From contig CM097885.1 of assembly GCA_044892525.1 (NCBI GenBank), positions 8,372,001-8,436,000 of the forward strand: a stretch of 64,000 nucleotides of DNA, in the 5' to 3' direction. The notes beneath the pieces are model-generated. The model saw only the letters and a program-made list of their open reading frames with translations. It made no database searches and was not told the DNA's origin. This stretch comes from Schmidtea polychroa. Lineage: Eukaryota. Position 1 is the first letter of the stretch, and every line of letters begins with the position of its first letter. The position numbers and the translations under genes were made by a program. This document shows positions 27,669 through 42,495 of this stretch, one piece after another.

Positions 27669-29485
27669 TTATAATATTATAATATTATATAAAATTATAT
27701 AAAATTATACTATATAATAATATTAATGTTTAAATATGCTTAAATAACTAAAGTGTTTAAATATGTTTAAATAACTAAATTTAAATTATTTAAATATAAT
27801 TCTGATATAACGTTATTTCTTTCGTTTTAGTATCCATAAAGTAAGTAAATAAAGAATTTACTAAAATATTTTAATTATTTTACTTAGTAATGAAGAAAAT
27901 GAATTATATAATTATGAAGAAGATGAACAAAATGGTGAAACACTAAATGACTTATGTTCTGGATTTAGAGATTTCTTATTAAAACATGAATTATAGAAGA
28001 AAATGAACCAGACAAAATGGTGAAACATTGCTATGTTCGGGATTTCTTAAATGAATTAGCTGATTGTGGGTGTCCTTCAACATGAATTATCAGACTTAAA
28101 TTATGTAAACTTTCAACGAATGTCAAGAAAAATGGGAAAAAACCGATGTTTTATCAATTAGATATTGTAAAGTACTACCTGAAGAATATTATTATTAATG
28201 TAAGACATGAATTAATTCTTTAAAATATATATATTATATTTAGGTATCTGTGTTTTATGGTGGGAAATGACATTGAAAAAGTATACCACAAATAACAGTT
28301 GCCTAATTTATCAAGCCTGTGACGATAAAATGTTAGATAATGTAAGTTAATTGCTTTTAAATCAATATAAATTTTAGCAATGATAGTTGACACCACATCA
28401 GAAACTAAGAAATATGTCCAATTCGCAAGATGTATTCCAAATGGCCCGATAGAGATGATAATTTTGAGATAGAATACCAGCAGAAGAGCGAGAAAAATTT
28501 GTAAATTAAATATAATAGGGTTGGGTGGGTCCTCTTTATCCCTTAATTAATATATATTTACAAGCTGATCGTCGTGGTGGGCGGTTGTAATCCAACTAGT
28601 GGGAGGCCTCTGTAAATATATATTTGTGTTAGTGAAAACATTAATTAATTTGGTTATAGTGCCAATGACGCATGTATTTTGAAATTATACGTTTCGAATG
28701 TGCTGGTAGTTGACTACCCATGCTAGGCGTAATGTTCCGTACGGAAAGCTATAATGCCCAGGTTCTTCTGACCCCACTTGGGGGAGGCACAGACGACCCT
28801 TGTGGACGCGAACAAATATCCACCGTGTCTTTCAGGCACAGATATTTGGTCACTGCTCATTAGGCCTGGCAATACTAAATGCATACACTTTGCCTTGTCC
28901 TCTCTTGTCTTGATTTTTATCGTTTAAATAGTGTGTGTGATAAGTTTTATTTACTAACCTTAATAAACCATAATATGCTTTAAGATCGAAAACCCTTGTT
29001 GAGTGTGAGTATTACCCTTGCTAGCAATACCCATAGGGGGACAGAATATCTTGTCGGATAGACTAGGAGTATATACACCCATGTTAAACAAGGTATGTGT
29101 ATATAGAATGTATGTGTAAAATTATCGCTCCTTATTGAAAATTTCATGTAAAGGCAAATACAGAATACTGCAAACATATAATAATTCTCTACCCCATAAC
29201 CTAGTGTGTAAAAATTATTTTAATAATAATAATAATAAAGTTTAATGGGTTGTGTGTGTGTGTGTAAAAATATTTTAGGTTTTTAATATTGATAATAATA
29301 ATGGTTAATGGGTTGTGTGTGTGTGTGTGTGTAAAAAATATTTTAGGTTTTCACTAATAATGATAATAATAATGGTTAATGGGTTGTGTGTGTGTGTAGA
29401 AAATATTTTAGGTTTTTAATACTGATAATAATAATAATGGTTGAGGGGTTGTGTGTGTAAACCATATTTTAGATTTTTCATTAAC

Positions 29486-29551
<66 letters not shown>

Positions 29552-29913
29552 TCCCGCGCGTGTTAATACTTTAAAAGAAAATATTGAAAATTTAAAAAAT
29601 AATAATATTTATGCAAAGCATGTGCAATAATTATCTCTTTGTTAATTAAGTAAACTTTAGTGTCAAAATAAGTTTTTAAAATATTTTTAAATTTAAAATA
29701 CCGCAACTTAATATATTTTTGTTCTACCCCTTCATTGATTTAAGTTGGTCAGAATTTAATAATAATTATATTATACCCTTTGAGACATGTTAAATGTGAG
29801 TAGTACACCTTTGACCATTACCCATATGAGCAATACCCATAAAGGGATAGAATATTTTGTCGGATAGATTAAGAGTATATATGATAATAATATTCCCCGT
29901 GCGCGTAATAATA

Positions 29914-29992
<79 letters not shown>

Positions 29993-32900
29993 TGAACTTG
30001 TATTTGAAATAATAATAATAATAATTTACGACATATTGAGTGTGAGCAGTACCCTTGTGACTTGTTGAATGTGAGTAGTACATTTGTGAGCAGTACCCAT
30101 AGGGGAAAGAATATCTTGCCGGATAAACTCGGAGTATATATAATTATAATAATAATAATAATAATAAAACTTAGAAAATAATAATATGTAATCAACGATT
30201 TAAACAAAATTATATTATTACGTATTCGATAATTAAAACAAAAATTATTAGTTCTAAAAATATTTGGCATCGTTCTAAAAATATTAGACATCGTTCTAAA
30301 AATATGACGTAATCGTTCTAAAAATATTAGGCATCGTTCTAAAAATATTAGGCATCGTTCTAAAAATATTAGACATCGATTACGTAATAGTTCTAAAAAT
30401 ATTAGGCATCGTTCTAAAAATATTAGACATCGTTCTAAAAGTATGACGTAATCGTTCTAAAAATATTAGGCATCGTTCTAAAAATATTTGGCATCGTTCT
30501 AAAAATATTTGGCATCGTTCTAAAAATATTAGACATCGATTACGTAATAGTTCTAAAAATATTAGGCATCGTTCTAAAAATATTAGACATCGTTCTAAAA
30601 GTATGACGTAATCGTTCTTAAAATATTAGGCACCATTCTAAAAATATTTGGCATCGTTCTAAAATTAAAAGGCATCGTTCTAAAAATATTAGGCACCATT
30701 CTAAAAATATTTGGCATCGTTCTAAAATTAAAAGGCATCGTTCTAAAAATATTAGGCACCATTCTAAAAGTATGACGTAATCGTTCTAAAAATAAGAGGC
30801 ATCGTTCTAAAAATATTAGGCATCGTTCTAAAAGTATGACGTAATCGTTCTAAAAATGTGATGAGTCATCGTATGATAAAAATCTATATCTCATTAGAAA
30901 GTTCTTGCACAGAGCTTTAAAATAAGCTATCGATCAATATAATATGTTGGCGGGAACAATAATTTTTGGGATGAAAAAAAGTAGGTCCCCGCTGGATCAC
31001 TTAATAATATTTTGAAAAATAATAATAATTTAACGTTGAAAAGATGGTGGTCATCAATTGTTAATAACATTAAAACTATTAAAGATATATAAGATACCTA
31101 TAGCTCATTCGAAAGGTCTTGGACTGAGCTTTAAGATGAGGTATCGGTTAATAAAGTTTGTTGGCGGGAACATTACTTTTGGGAATAAAAAAAGTAGGTC
31201 CCCGCTGGATCACTTAATTTAAAAAAAATTACGTAATAGTTCTAAAAATATTAGGCATCGTTCTTAAAATATTAGGCATTGATTACGTAATAGTTCTAAA
31301 AATATTAGGCATCGTTCTAAAAAAAATAAAATTTTTTCCCGGGGGGGGGAGGGGGTATATGTGATCTGGAGGGGACCTGATCTGGCGGGGACACATCCTA
31401 CTACTTAGAGTATTATTATGTTTGCAGTATTCTGTGTTTGCCTTTACAGGAAGTTGTCAATAAGGAGCGATAATTTTACACACACATTCTATATACACAT
31501 ACCTTGTTTAACATGGGTGTATATACTCCTAGTCTATCCGACAAAATATTCTGTCCCCCTATGGGTATTGCTCACAAAGGTACTACTCACACTCAACATA
31601 TCGCAAGGGTATATTAATTATGGTTAGTAAATAAAACCTATCACACACACTATTTAAACGATAAAAATCAAGACAAGAGAGGACAAGGCAAAGTGTATGC
31701 ATTTAGTATTGCCAGGCCTAATGAGCAGTGACCAAATATCTGTGCCTGAAAGACACGGTGGATATTTGTTCGCGTCCACAAGGGTCGTCTGTGCCTCCCC
31801 CAAGTGGGGTCAGAAGAACCTGGGCATTATAGCTTTCCGTACGGAACATTACGCCTAGCATGGGTAGTCAACTACCAGCACATTCGAAACGTATAATTTC
31901 AAAATACATGCGTCATTGGCACTATAACCAAATTAATTAATGTTTTCACTAACACAAATATATATTTACAGAGGCCTCCCACTAGTTGGATTACAACCGC
32001 CCACCACGACGATCAGCTTGTAAATATATATTAATTAAGGGATAAAGAGGACCCACCCAACCCTATTATATTTAATTTACAAATTTTTCTCGCTCTTCTG
32101 CTGGTATTCTATCTCAAAATTATCATCTCCATCGGGCCATTTGATAGTGATTTCATGGAATACATCTTGCAAATTGGACGTATTTCTTAGTTTCTGATGC
32201 GGTGTCAACTATCATTGCTAAAATTTATATTGATTTAAAAGCAATTAACTTACATTATCTAGCATTTTATCGTCACAGGATTGATAAATTAGGCAACTGT
32301 TATTTGTGGTATACTTTTTCAATGTCATTTCCCACCATAAAACACAGATACCTAAATATAATATATATATTTTAAAGAATTAATTCATGTCTTACATTAA
32401 TAATAATATTCTTCAGGTAGTACTTTACAATATCTAATTGCTAAAACATCGGTTTTTCCCATTTTTCTTGACAATCGTTGAAAGTTTACATAATTTAAGT
32501 CTGATAATTCATGTTGAAGGACACCCACAATCAGCTAATTCATTTAAGAAATCCGGAACTATAACTCCTTTAGTGTTTCACCATTTTGTCTGGTTCATTT
32601 TCTTCTATAATTCATGTTTTAATAAGAAATTTCTAAATCCAGAACATAAGTCATTTAGTGTTTCACCATTTTGTCTGGTTCATCTTCTTCATAATCATAT
32701 AATTCATTTTCTTCATTACTAAGTAAAATAATTAAAATATTGTAGTAAATTCTTTATTTACTTACTTTATGGATACTAAAACGAAAGAAATAAAGTTATA
32801 TCAAAAGTATATTTAAATAAATTAAATTTAAATAATTTAATTTAGTTATTTAAATATATTTAAACACTTTAGTTATTTAAGCATATTTAAACATTAATAT

Positions 32901-35900
32901 AACATTAATATAAACATTAATATATAGTATAATTTTATATAATTTTATATAATATTATAATATTATAATATTATGTATTGTAAATTTAATATATCCTTAA
33001 TTTAATTTTTTAAATTCAAAAATTTATAATGAAGATTCTTTGAATTAAAAAATATTCTGTTAGTATTTCCAGGCAGAAAACAACGAATTCAATAATTAAA
33101 ATCTTAATTTTCATGTTGTTAGGGTTGTGGCCAGAAGTTAATCGCCATCTAATCGTTTGTTCTCAATTTCGCTCATTTTTGTTCAAAACATTCAGGTGAG
33201 TTGTTATCTGGAAAGTTTCTTTGAGCTCAGTTTTGTTAAAACACTCACGGTATTTTTGAGGGACGTGACACTGGAAATAAATTACCAATGGGTGGTCATC
33301 CATACATGTTGTTGGTTTGAACTGTTGATTTATTTTAGAAATATGTATATTAAAAACATTTAAGGTATCATTCAGTAAAATAATATAGTATTTTTGAGTA
33401 TTTTTAGTTAATTTATAAATAACAGTATTTTGATATATCAATAAAGACCATATACTCCTAGTTTATCCGACAAAATATTCTGTCCCCCTATGGGTATTGC
33501 TAGCAAGGGTACTGGTCACACTCAACAAGACGCAATATTAATCATTTAGAAATTCTTAGGTAAGATAATCAGAAATTTGTGAATATTTTAAATGTAACTT
33601 TACACTTATGTCGAGCGACTAATTTATTGGTTAACTTTTTAGACATTTAAAGCAAAAGGTAATTTATTCATCTAATGTTCGTTACAATAGATAATAATGA
33701 GAAAAACATGGTCATTATTCATTGATAATTTTAAATTCTTTATCATTTGGAGTAAATTTGTTTGAGGCAAAAAATAATTAAAGGAGTCATAATAGAAATA
33801 TGGTTATCATTTAACCAAATAAGGTACTTATTAGTTAAAAATATATATTATAAAGTAACAATTATTTTCTAATTTAATTAGATGATCATTAGACGTAATA
33901 TATCTTTGCGAGAAATTTAAGATGTTTGAGTAACCAAAACATTGATATTTTGGATCATCAATTTATGAATAGTGCTTAATTTTCTCATTTTTAGTGATTT
34001 AAAATAATATTTAGCAAAGGTAATTTGGCAAAATATCACTTATCCATCCGATAACAATATTCCTTCAATAGATTAACTGATATTCAACCGATTTAATTTC
34101 TAATTAAAATCATAAAATTCCTTCAATAAAGATCAATTTTCTTTAGCCGTTGTCGATTTCCAACTTTTAAGTCAATATTTCTCAAGTTTTGTCACTGATG
34201 TCCCCACAATGAATAAAATAACTTCTTAAGTAAAATAATTTAAAGCAATAACCTTTGATATCAATCCCAATTAATTCTAAAGATTTCAAATATTTCATTG
34301 TGAAAACCAAGTAAATTGATCATTAACCCTAAACGACTTAATAAAACAGTGGATAATTAATATAAAACTGGTTCTAAAACATAAATCTAAATTACTGTGC
34401 AATAACATTCATCACAACCTAATAAACCTCTAAAACGATATAAGTTCACTGGAATTATTATTAATTCATAGCTAAATACTGACTATTTCCCTTTAAAATT
34501 TTACCAATAAGAACATTGTCGATTTAAATAGAGATTTCAAACATTTCCACCTTAACCGATCCCTCACCAAATATTTCTATCATTTTAAACACCTTAAAAA
34601 TCGTATATTACCATCTTAACCAACCGACTTTAATATATCAGACCTTTAATATATCAATTCTCTTAAAATCCATAGAAAATTCTTCAAAATATGAATTTTA
34701 TTTATTTGTTACAGACATCAGTCCATTGAAATAATTTAGTATCTAAATTCATGTAGTAAGAGCGCATTAAAAAAATCAAAATTCACTAAAATCAATATTT
34801 TCTACAAATATTGATTTTAGTGAATTTTGATTTTTTTAATGGGCTCTTACTACATGAATTTAGAAACTAAATTATTTCAATGGACTGATGTCTGTAACAA
34901 ATAAATAAAATTCATATTTTGAAGAATTTTCTATGGATTTTAAGAGAATTGATATATTAAAGGTCTGATATATTAAAGTCGGTTGGTTAAGATGGTAATA
35001 TACGATTTTTAAGGTGTTTAAAATGATAGAAATATTTGGTGAGGGATCGGTTAAGGTGGAAATGTTTGAAATCTCTATTTAAATCGACAATGTTCTTATT
35101 GGTAAAATTTTAAAGGGAAATAGTCAGTATTTAGCTATGAATTAATAATAATTCCAGTGAACTTATATCGTTTTAGAGGTTTATTAGGTTGTGATGAATG
35201 TTATTGCACAGTAATTTAGATTTATGTTTTAGAACCAGTTTTATATTAATTATCCACTGTTTTATTAAGTCGTTTAGGGTTAATGATCAATTTACTTGGT
35301 TTTCACAATGAAATATTTGAAATCTTTAGAATTAATTGGGATTGATATCAAAGGTTATTGCTTTAAATTATTTTACTTAAGAAGTTATTTTATTCATTGT
35401 GGGGACATCAGTGACAAAACTTGAGAAATATTGACTTAAAAGTTGGAAATCGACAACGGCTAAAGAAAATTGATCTTTATTGAAGGAATTTTATGATTTT
35501 AATTAGAAATTAAATCGGTTGAATATCAGTTAATCTATTGAAGGAATATTGTTATCGGATGGATAAGTGATATTTTGCCAAATTACCTTTGCTAAATATT
35601 ATTTTAAATCACTAAAAATGAGAAAATTAAGCACTATTCATAAATTGATGATCCAAAATATCAATGTTTTGGTTACTCAAACATCTTAAATTTCTCGCAA
35701 AGATATATTACGTCTAATGATCATCTAATTAAATTAGAAAATAATTGTTACTTTATAATATATATTTTTAACTAATAAGTACCTTATTTGGTTAAATGAT
35801 AACCATATTTCTATTATGACTCCTTTAATTATTTTTTGCCTCAAACAAATTTACTCCAAATGATAAAGAATTTAAAATTATCAATGAATAATGACCATGT

Positions 35901-38421
35901 TTTTCTCATTATTATCTATTGTAACGAACATTAGATGAATAAATTACCTTTTGCTTTAAATGTCTAAAAAGTTAACCAATAAATTAGTCGCTCGACATAA
36001 GTGTAAAGTTACATTTAAAATATTCACAAATTTCTGATTATCTTACCTAAGAATTTCTAAATGATTAATATTGCGTCTTGTTGAGTGTGACCAGTACCCT
36101 TGCTAGCAATACCCATAGGGGGACAGAATATTTTGTCGGATAAACTAGGAGTATATGGTCTTTATTGATATATCAAAATACTGTTATTTATAAATTAACT
36201 AAAAATACTCAAAAATACTATATTATTTTACTGAATGATACCTTAAATGTTTTTAATATACATATTTCTAAAATAAATCAACAGTTCAAACCAACAACAT
36301 GTATGTATGACTACCCATTGTTAATTTATTTCCAGTGACACGTCCCTCAAAAATACCGTGAGTGTTTTAACAAAACTGAGCTCAAAGAAACTTTCCAGAT
36401 AACAACTCACCTGAATGTTTTGAACAAAAATGAGCGAAATTGAGAACAAACGATTAGATGGCGATTAACTTCTGGCCACAACCCTAACAACATGAAAATT
36501 AAGATTTTAATTATTGAATTCGTTGTTTTCTGCCTGGAAATACTAACAGAATATTTTTTAATTCAAAGAATCTTCATTATAAATATTTGAATTTAAAAAA
36601 TTAAATTAAGGATATATTAAATTTACAATACATAATATTATAATATTATAATATTATATAAAATTATATAAAATTATACTATATATTAATGTTTATATTA
36701 ATGTTTATATTAATGTTTAAATATGTTTAAATAACTAAATTAAATTATTTAAATTTAATTTATTTAAATATACTTTTGATATAACTTTATTTCTTTCGTT
36801 TTAGTATCCATAAAGTAAGTAAATAAAGAATTTACTACAATATTTTAATTATTTTACTTAGTAATGAAGAAAATGAATTATATGATTATGAAGAAGATGA
36901 ACCAGACAAAATGGTGAAACACTAAATGACTTATGTTCTGGATTTAGAAATTTCTTATTAAAACATGAATTATAGAAGAAAATGAACCAGACAAAATGGT
37001 GAAACACTAAAGGAGTTATAGTTCCGGATTTCTTAAATGAATTAGCTGATTGTGGGTGTCCTTCAACATGAATTATCAGACTTAAATTATGTAAACTTTC
37101 AACGATTGTCAAGAAAAATGGGAAAAACCGATGTTTTAGCAATTAGATATTGTAAAGTACTACCTGAAGAATATTATTATTAATGTAAGACATGAATTAA
37201 TTCTTTAAAATATATATATTATATTTAGGTATCTGTGTTTTATGGTGGGAAATGACATTGAAAAAGTATACCACAAATAACAGTTGCCTAATTTATCAAT
37301 CCTGTGACGATAAAATGCTAGATAATGTAAGTTAATTGCTTTTAAATCAATATAAATTTTAGCAATGATAGTTGACACCGCATCAGAAACTAAGAAATAC
37401 GTCCAATTTGCAAGATGTATTCCATGAAATCACTATCAAATGGCCCGATAGAGATGATAATTTTGAGATAGAATACCAGCAGAAGAGCGAGAAAAATTTG
37501 TAAATTAAATATAATAGGGTTGGGTGGGTCCTCTTTATCCCTTAATTAATATATATTTACAAGCTGATCGTCGTGGTGGGCGGTTGTAATCCAACTAGTG
37601 GGAGGCCTCTGTAAATATATATTTGTGTTAGTGAAAACATTAATTAATTTGGTTATAGTGCCAATGACGCATGTATTTTGAAATTATACGTTTCGAATGT
37701 GCTGGTAGTTGACTACCCATGCTAGGCGTAATGTTCCGTACGGAAAGCTATAATGCCCAGGTTCTTCTGACCCCACTTGGGGGAGGCACAGACGACCCTT
37801 GTGGACGCGAACAAATATCCACCGTGTCTTTCAGGCACAGATATTTGGTCACTGCTCATTAGGCCTGGCAATACTAAATGCATACACTTTGCCTTGTCCT
37901 CTCTTGTCTTGATTTTTATCGTTTAAATAGTGTGTGTGATAGGTTTTATTTACTAACCATAATTAATATACCCTTGCGATATGTTGAGTGTGAGTAGTAC
38001 CTTTGTGAGCAATACCCATAGGGGGACAGAATATTTTGTCGGATAGACTAGGAGTATATACACCCATGTTAAACAAGGTATGTGTATATAGAATGTGTGT
38101 GTAAAATTATCGCTCCTTATTGACAACTTCCTGTAAAGGCAAACACAGAATACTGCAAACATAATAATACTCTACCCCATAACTTAGTATGTAAAAATTA
38201 TTTAAGGTTTTTTCACTAATAATAATAATAATTATAATAATAATAATAATAAAGTTTAATGGGTTGTGTGTGTGTGGAAAAAAATATTTGAGGTTTTCAC
38301 GAATATTGATAATAATAATGGTTAATGAGTGTTTTTATGTTTTTGACTAATATTTGCAATAATAATAATGGTTAATGGGTTGTGTGTGTAAAAATATTTT
38401 ATGTTTTTGACTAATATTTGC

Positions 38422-38460
<39 letters not shown>

Positions 38461-38571
38461 GTTTAATGGGTCGTGTAAAAAATATTTTAGGTTTTTCACT
38501 AATATTTGCGTTAATAATAATAAAGTTTAATGGGTTGTGTGTGTAAACCATATTTTAGATTTTTCGTTAAC

Positions 38572-38604
<33 letters not shown>

Positions 38605-38781
38605 GTTTAATGGGTTGTGTGTGTGTGGAAAAAAATATATATTTTAGGTTTTCACTAATATTCATAATAATAATGGTTAATGAGTGTTTTTATGTTTTTG
38701 ACTAATATTTGTAATAATAATAATAATGGTTAATGGGTTGTGTGTGTGTAAAAATATTTTATGTTTTTGACTAATATTTGC

Positions 38782-38832
<51 letters not shown>

Positions 38833-38943
38833 GTTTAATGGGTCGTGTAAAAAATATTTTAGGTTTTTCACTAATATTTGCGTTAATAATAATAAAGTTT
38901 AATGGGTTGTGTGTGTAAACCATATTTTAGATTTTTCGTTAAC

Positions 38944-39036
<93 letters not shown>

Positions 39037-39398
39037 TCCCGCGCGTGTTAATACTTTAAAAGAAAATATTGAAAATTTAAAAAATAATAATATTTATGCA
39101 AAGCATGTGCAATAATTATGTCTTTGTTAATTAAGTAAACTTTAGTGTCAAAATAAGTTTTTAAAATATTTTTAAATTTAAAATACCGCAACTTAATATA
39201 TTTTTGTTCTACCCCTTCATTGATTTAAGTTGGTCAGAATTTAATAATAATTATATTATACCCTTTGAAACATGTTGAATGTGAGTAGTACACCTTTGAC
39301 CATTACCCATATGAGCAATACCCATAGAGGGATAGAATATTTTGTCGGATAGATTAAGAGCATATATGATAATAATATTCCCCGTGCGCGTAATAATA

Positions 39399-39462
<64 letters not shown>

Positions 39463-39867
39463 TGAACTTGTATTTGAAATAATAATAATAATAATTTACG
39501 ACATATTGAGTGTGAGCAGTACCCTTGTGACTTGTTGAATGTGAGTAGTACCTTTGTGACCATTACCCTTAGGGGGACAGAATATCTTGTCGGATAGACT
39601 AGGAGTATATATAATAATAATCATAATAATAATATTAATAATAATAATAATATTGATTAAAACTTTGAAAATAATTCTTTGAAAATAATACTTTGAACAA
39701 TATTTGATGTAAAAGTTCCTGAAATAATCATGAAAATGTTGAAAATCGTGAAAATATTGAAAATGTAGAAAATTATGAAAATATTGATAATTATTAAAAA
39801 ATGCAAATGATGAAAATGTTGAAAATCATGAAATTGATGTAGAAATTAAGTTTTATGAATAATTGCA

Positions 39868-39930
<63 letters not shown>

Positions 39931-41058
39931 TTTGAAAATAACATCTTCCACATGGGCGTTAATATTTTAAAAGAAAATATTGAAAATTAAAAAATAATAA
40001 TATGTAATCAACGATGTAAACAAATTATATTATTACGTATTCGATAATTAAAACAAAAAATTATATAATCAATGATTTAAACAAATTATATAATCAACGA
40101 TTTAAACAAAATTAAATTATTATATAATCGATAATTAAAACAAAATTATTAGTTCTAAAAATATTAGGCATCGTTCTAAAAGTATGACGTAATCATTCTA
40201 AAAATATTAGGCGTCGTTCTAAAAGTATGACGTAATCATTCTAAAAGTATTAGGCATCGTTCTAAAAATATTTGGCATCGTTCTAAAAATATTAGACATC
40301 GATTACGTAATAGTTCTAAAAATATTAGGCATCGTTCTAAAAATATGACGTAATCATTCTAAAAATATTAGGCATCGTTCTAAAAATATGTGGCATCGTT
40401 CTAAAATTATGACGTAATCAATCTAAAAATATTTGGCATCATTCTAAAATATTAGACATCATTCTAAAAATGTGATGAGTCATTGTCTTTGTTCTAAAAA
40501 TGTGATGAGTCATCGTATGATAAAAATCTATATCTCATTAGAAAGTTCTTGCACAGAGCTTTAAAATAAGCTATCGATCAATATAATATGTTGGCGGGAA
40601 CAATAATTTTTGGGATGAAAAAAAGTAGGTCCCCGCTGGATCACTTAATAATATTTTGAAAAATAATAATAATTTAACGTTGAAAAGATGGTGGTCATCA
40701 ATTGTTAATAACATTAAAACTATTAAAGATATATAAGATACCTATAGCTCATTCGAAAGGTCTTGGACTGAGCTTTAAGATGAGGTATCGTTCAATAAAA
40801 TTTGTTGGCGGGAACATTACTTTTGGGAAGAAAAAAAGTAGGTCACCGCTGGACCAATTAATTTAAAAAAAATTACGTAATAGTTCTAAAAATATTAGGC
40901 ATCGTTCTAAAAATATTAGGCATTGATTACGTAATAGTTCTAAAAATATTAGGCATCGTTCTAAAAAAAAAAAATAAAATTTTTTCCCGGGGGGGGAGGG
41001 GGTATATGTGATCTGGAGGGGACCTGGTCTGGGGAGCCCACATCCTACTACTAACAAT

Positions 41059-42430
41059 CCATAACAATCTGTTCTAGAAATTCAGAGCTCTCAGGAAGCT
41101 CTTATTGCATTCTTCAGTCCAATTTATATCTCTATCGCATCCAGATGTTGCAGCGTATAATGGTTCGGCGATTTTGGCATAGTCTTTAATGAATCTTCCA
41201 TAGTAGTTCGTTAATCCGAGAAACGATCTCAATTGTTTTGAACATTTTGGTATTTCTGCTTTCTCGATCTCTTCCACTTTCTTCCTGTTTGTCTAGATAC
41301 CCTTCTCGTTAACTGTGTGTCCAAGGAAACACTCTGTCTTATCTTCTGTCTTATCTGGATTTATCTTCAGTCCTACCATTTGAATTCTTTTGAATATTTC
41401 CCTTAATAGCTCATCGTGGTCTTTTTGACTTTTACCCTATACCAAGATGTCATCTAGATAAACTACTACTCCCTTGAATAGCATTACTTCTAGCACTGTG
41501 TGCATCAGTCTCTGGAATGTCACAGGGGCTGTTGCTAAGCTATTGGTAGTCTATTGAAGCAAAATTGTCCTTCTCTTGTACTGAATGCAGTCATTCCTTG
41601 AATTTCTGGAGCCAACTCCACTTGATAATACGCCTGACCTAAATCGATTGACGAAAATATTTTTGCATTCGCGAGACAGTCTAGTAAGAATTTGGTGTTA
41701 GGCATCGGAAATGACTCTTTTTCTGTCCACTATAATCTACACACATCCTGATAGATCCATCTTTCTTCCCTACTATCACTAACGGGGCATTCCAAGGACT
41801 CTTGCGACATCGAATAACATTTGCTTTCATTAACACTTTTATCAGTTCTTCAATCCTTTTCTCCATGTGCATTGGTTGACGTCGAGGATGTTGCATTATT
41901 GGGCCTCCTGTTATCCGCATCTCATGTCGAACTAAGTTTGTAAATCCCAGATCGAATTTCGATGCCATAAAAATTCCGCCGTATTCCCTGATCATTCCTT
42001 CAATATCTTTACTATTCTCACCTGCCATCTCCACTAGTGCTTTATTTATTCTTTCTTCGTCAGTGTAAATTTTGTTTATCAATGACGTTTCTATATTATT
42101 GATTTTCACTAACTTTACTCCAAAATCTTTCATTGTATCAATGCCCCCTATGAATTCAGGTTTGATCTCTTTTACCACTACTACTGTGATTATTTTGGTC
42201 TTCTGATTCCATGTGGCCGGTATAGTCATGTATCCCATTGCTTCTTCACCTCCAGTTGAAAAAACTCCGCATAATAAAATCATACTACGTTGAAGTTCTG
42301 GTTTGCCTATTTTCTCCCACAAATTCTTGCTCATGACTGTTACTGATGCTCCAGAATTCCATAACATCTCTGTTTCGGCATTATTCAACATTATTTTACT
42401 CCAATTTCTTCCATCTTTCGTCTGGTACAT
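41059..42430 (-). pseudogene. pol: Gypsy/Ty3 pol remnant: protease, reverse transcriptase and start of the integrase core; RNase H and integrase Zn finger deleted
   Basis: MLWNSGAS (protease D(S/T)GA with D->N), SPWNAPLVIVGKKDGSIRMCVDY, VYLDDILV (~41440-41463), LRSFLGLTNYYGRFI, then EFLEQIVMD directly before the TSD. Frameshifts are present. Confidence 0.9.
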
Positions 42431-42495
42431 CTCTTCTTCTGTCTCGTCTCTTCGTCGTTCATTTCTTATTTCACAATTTATTGTCTTGACTCCAC

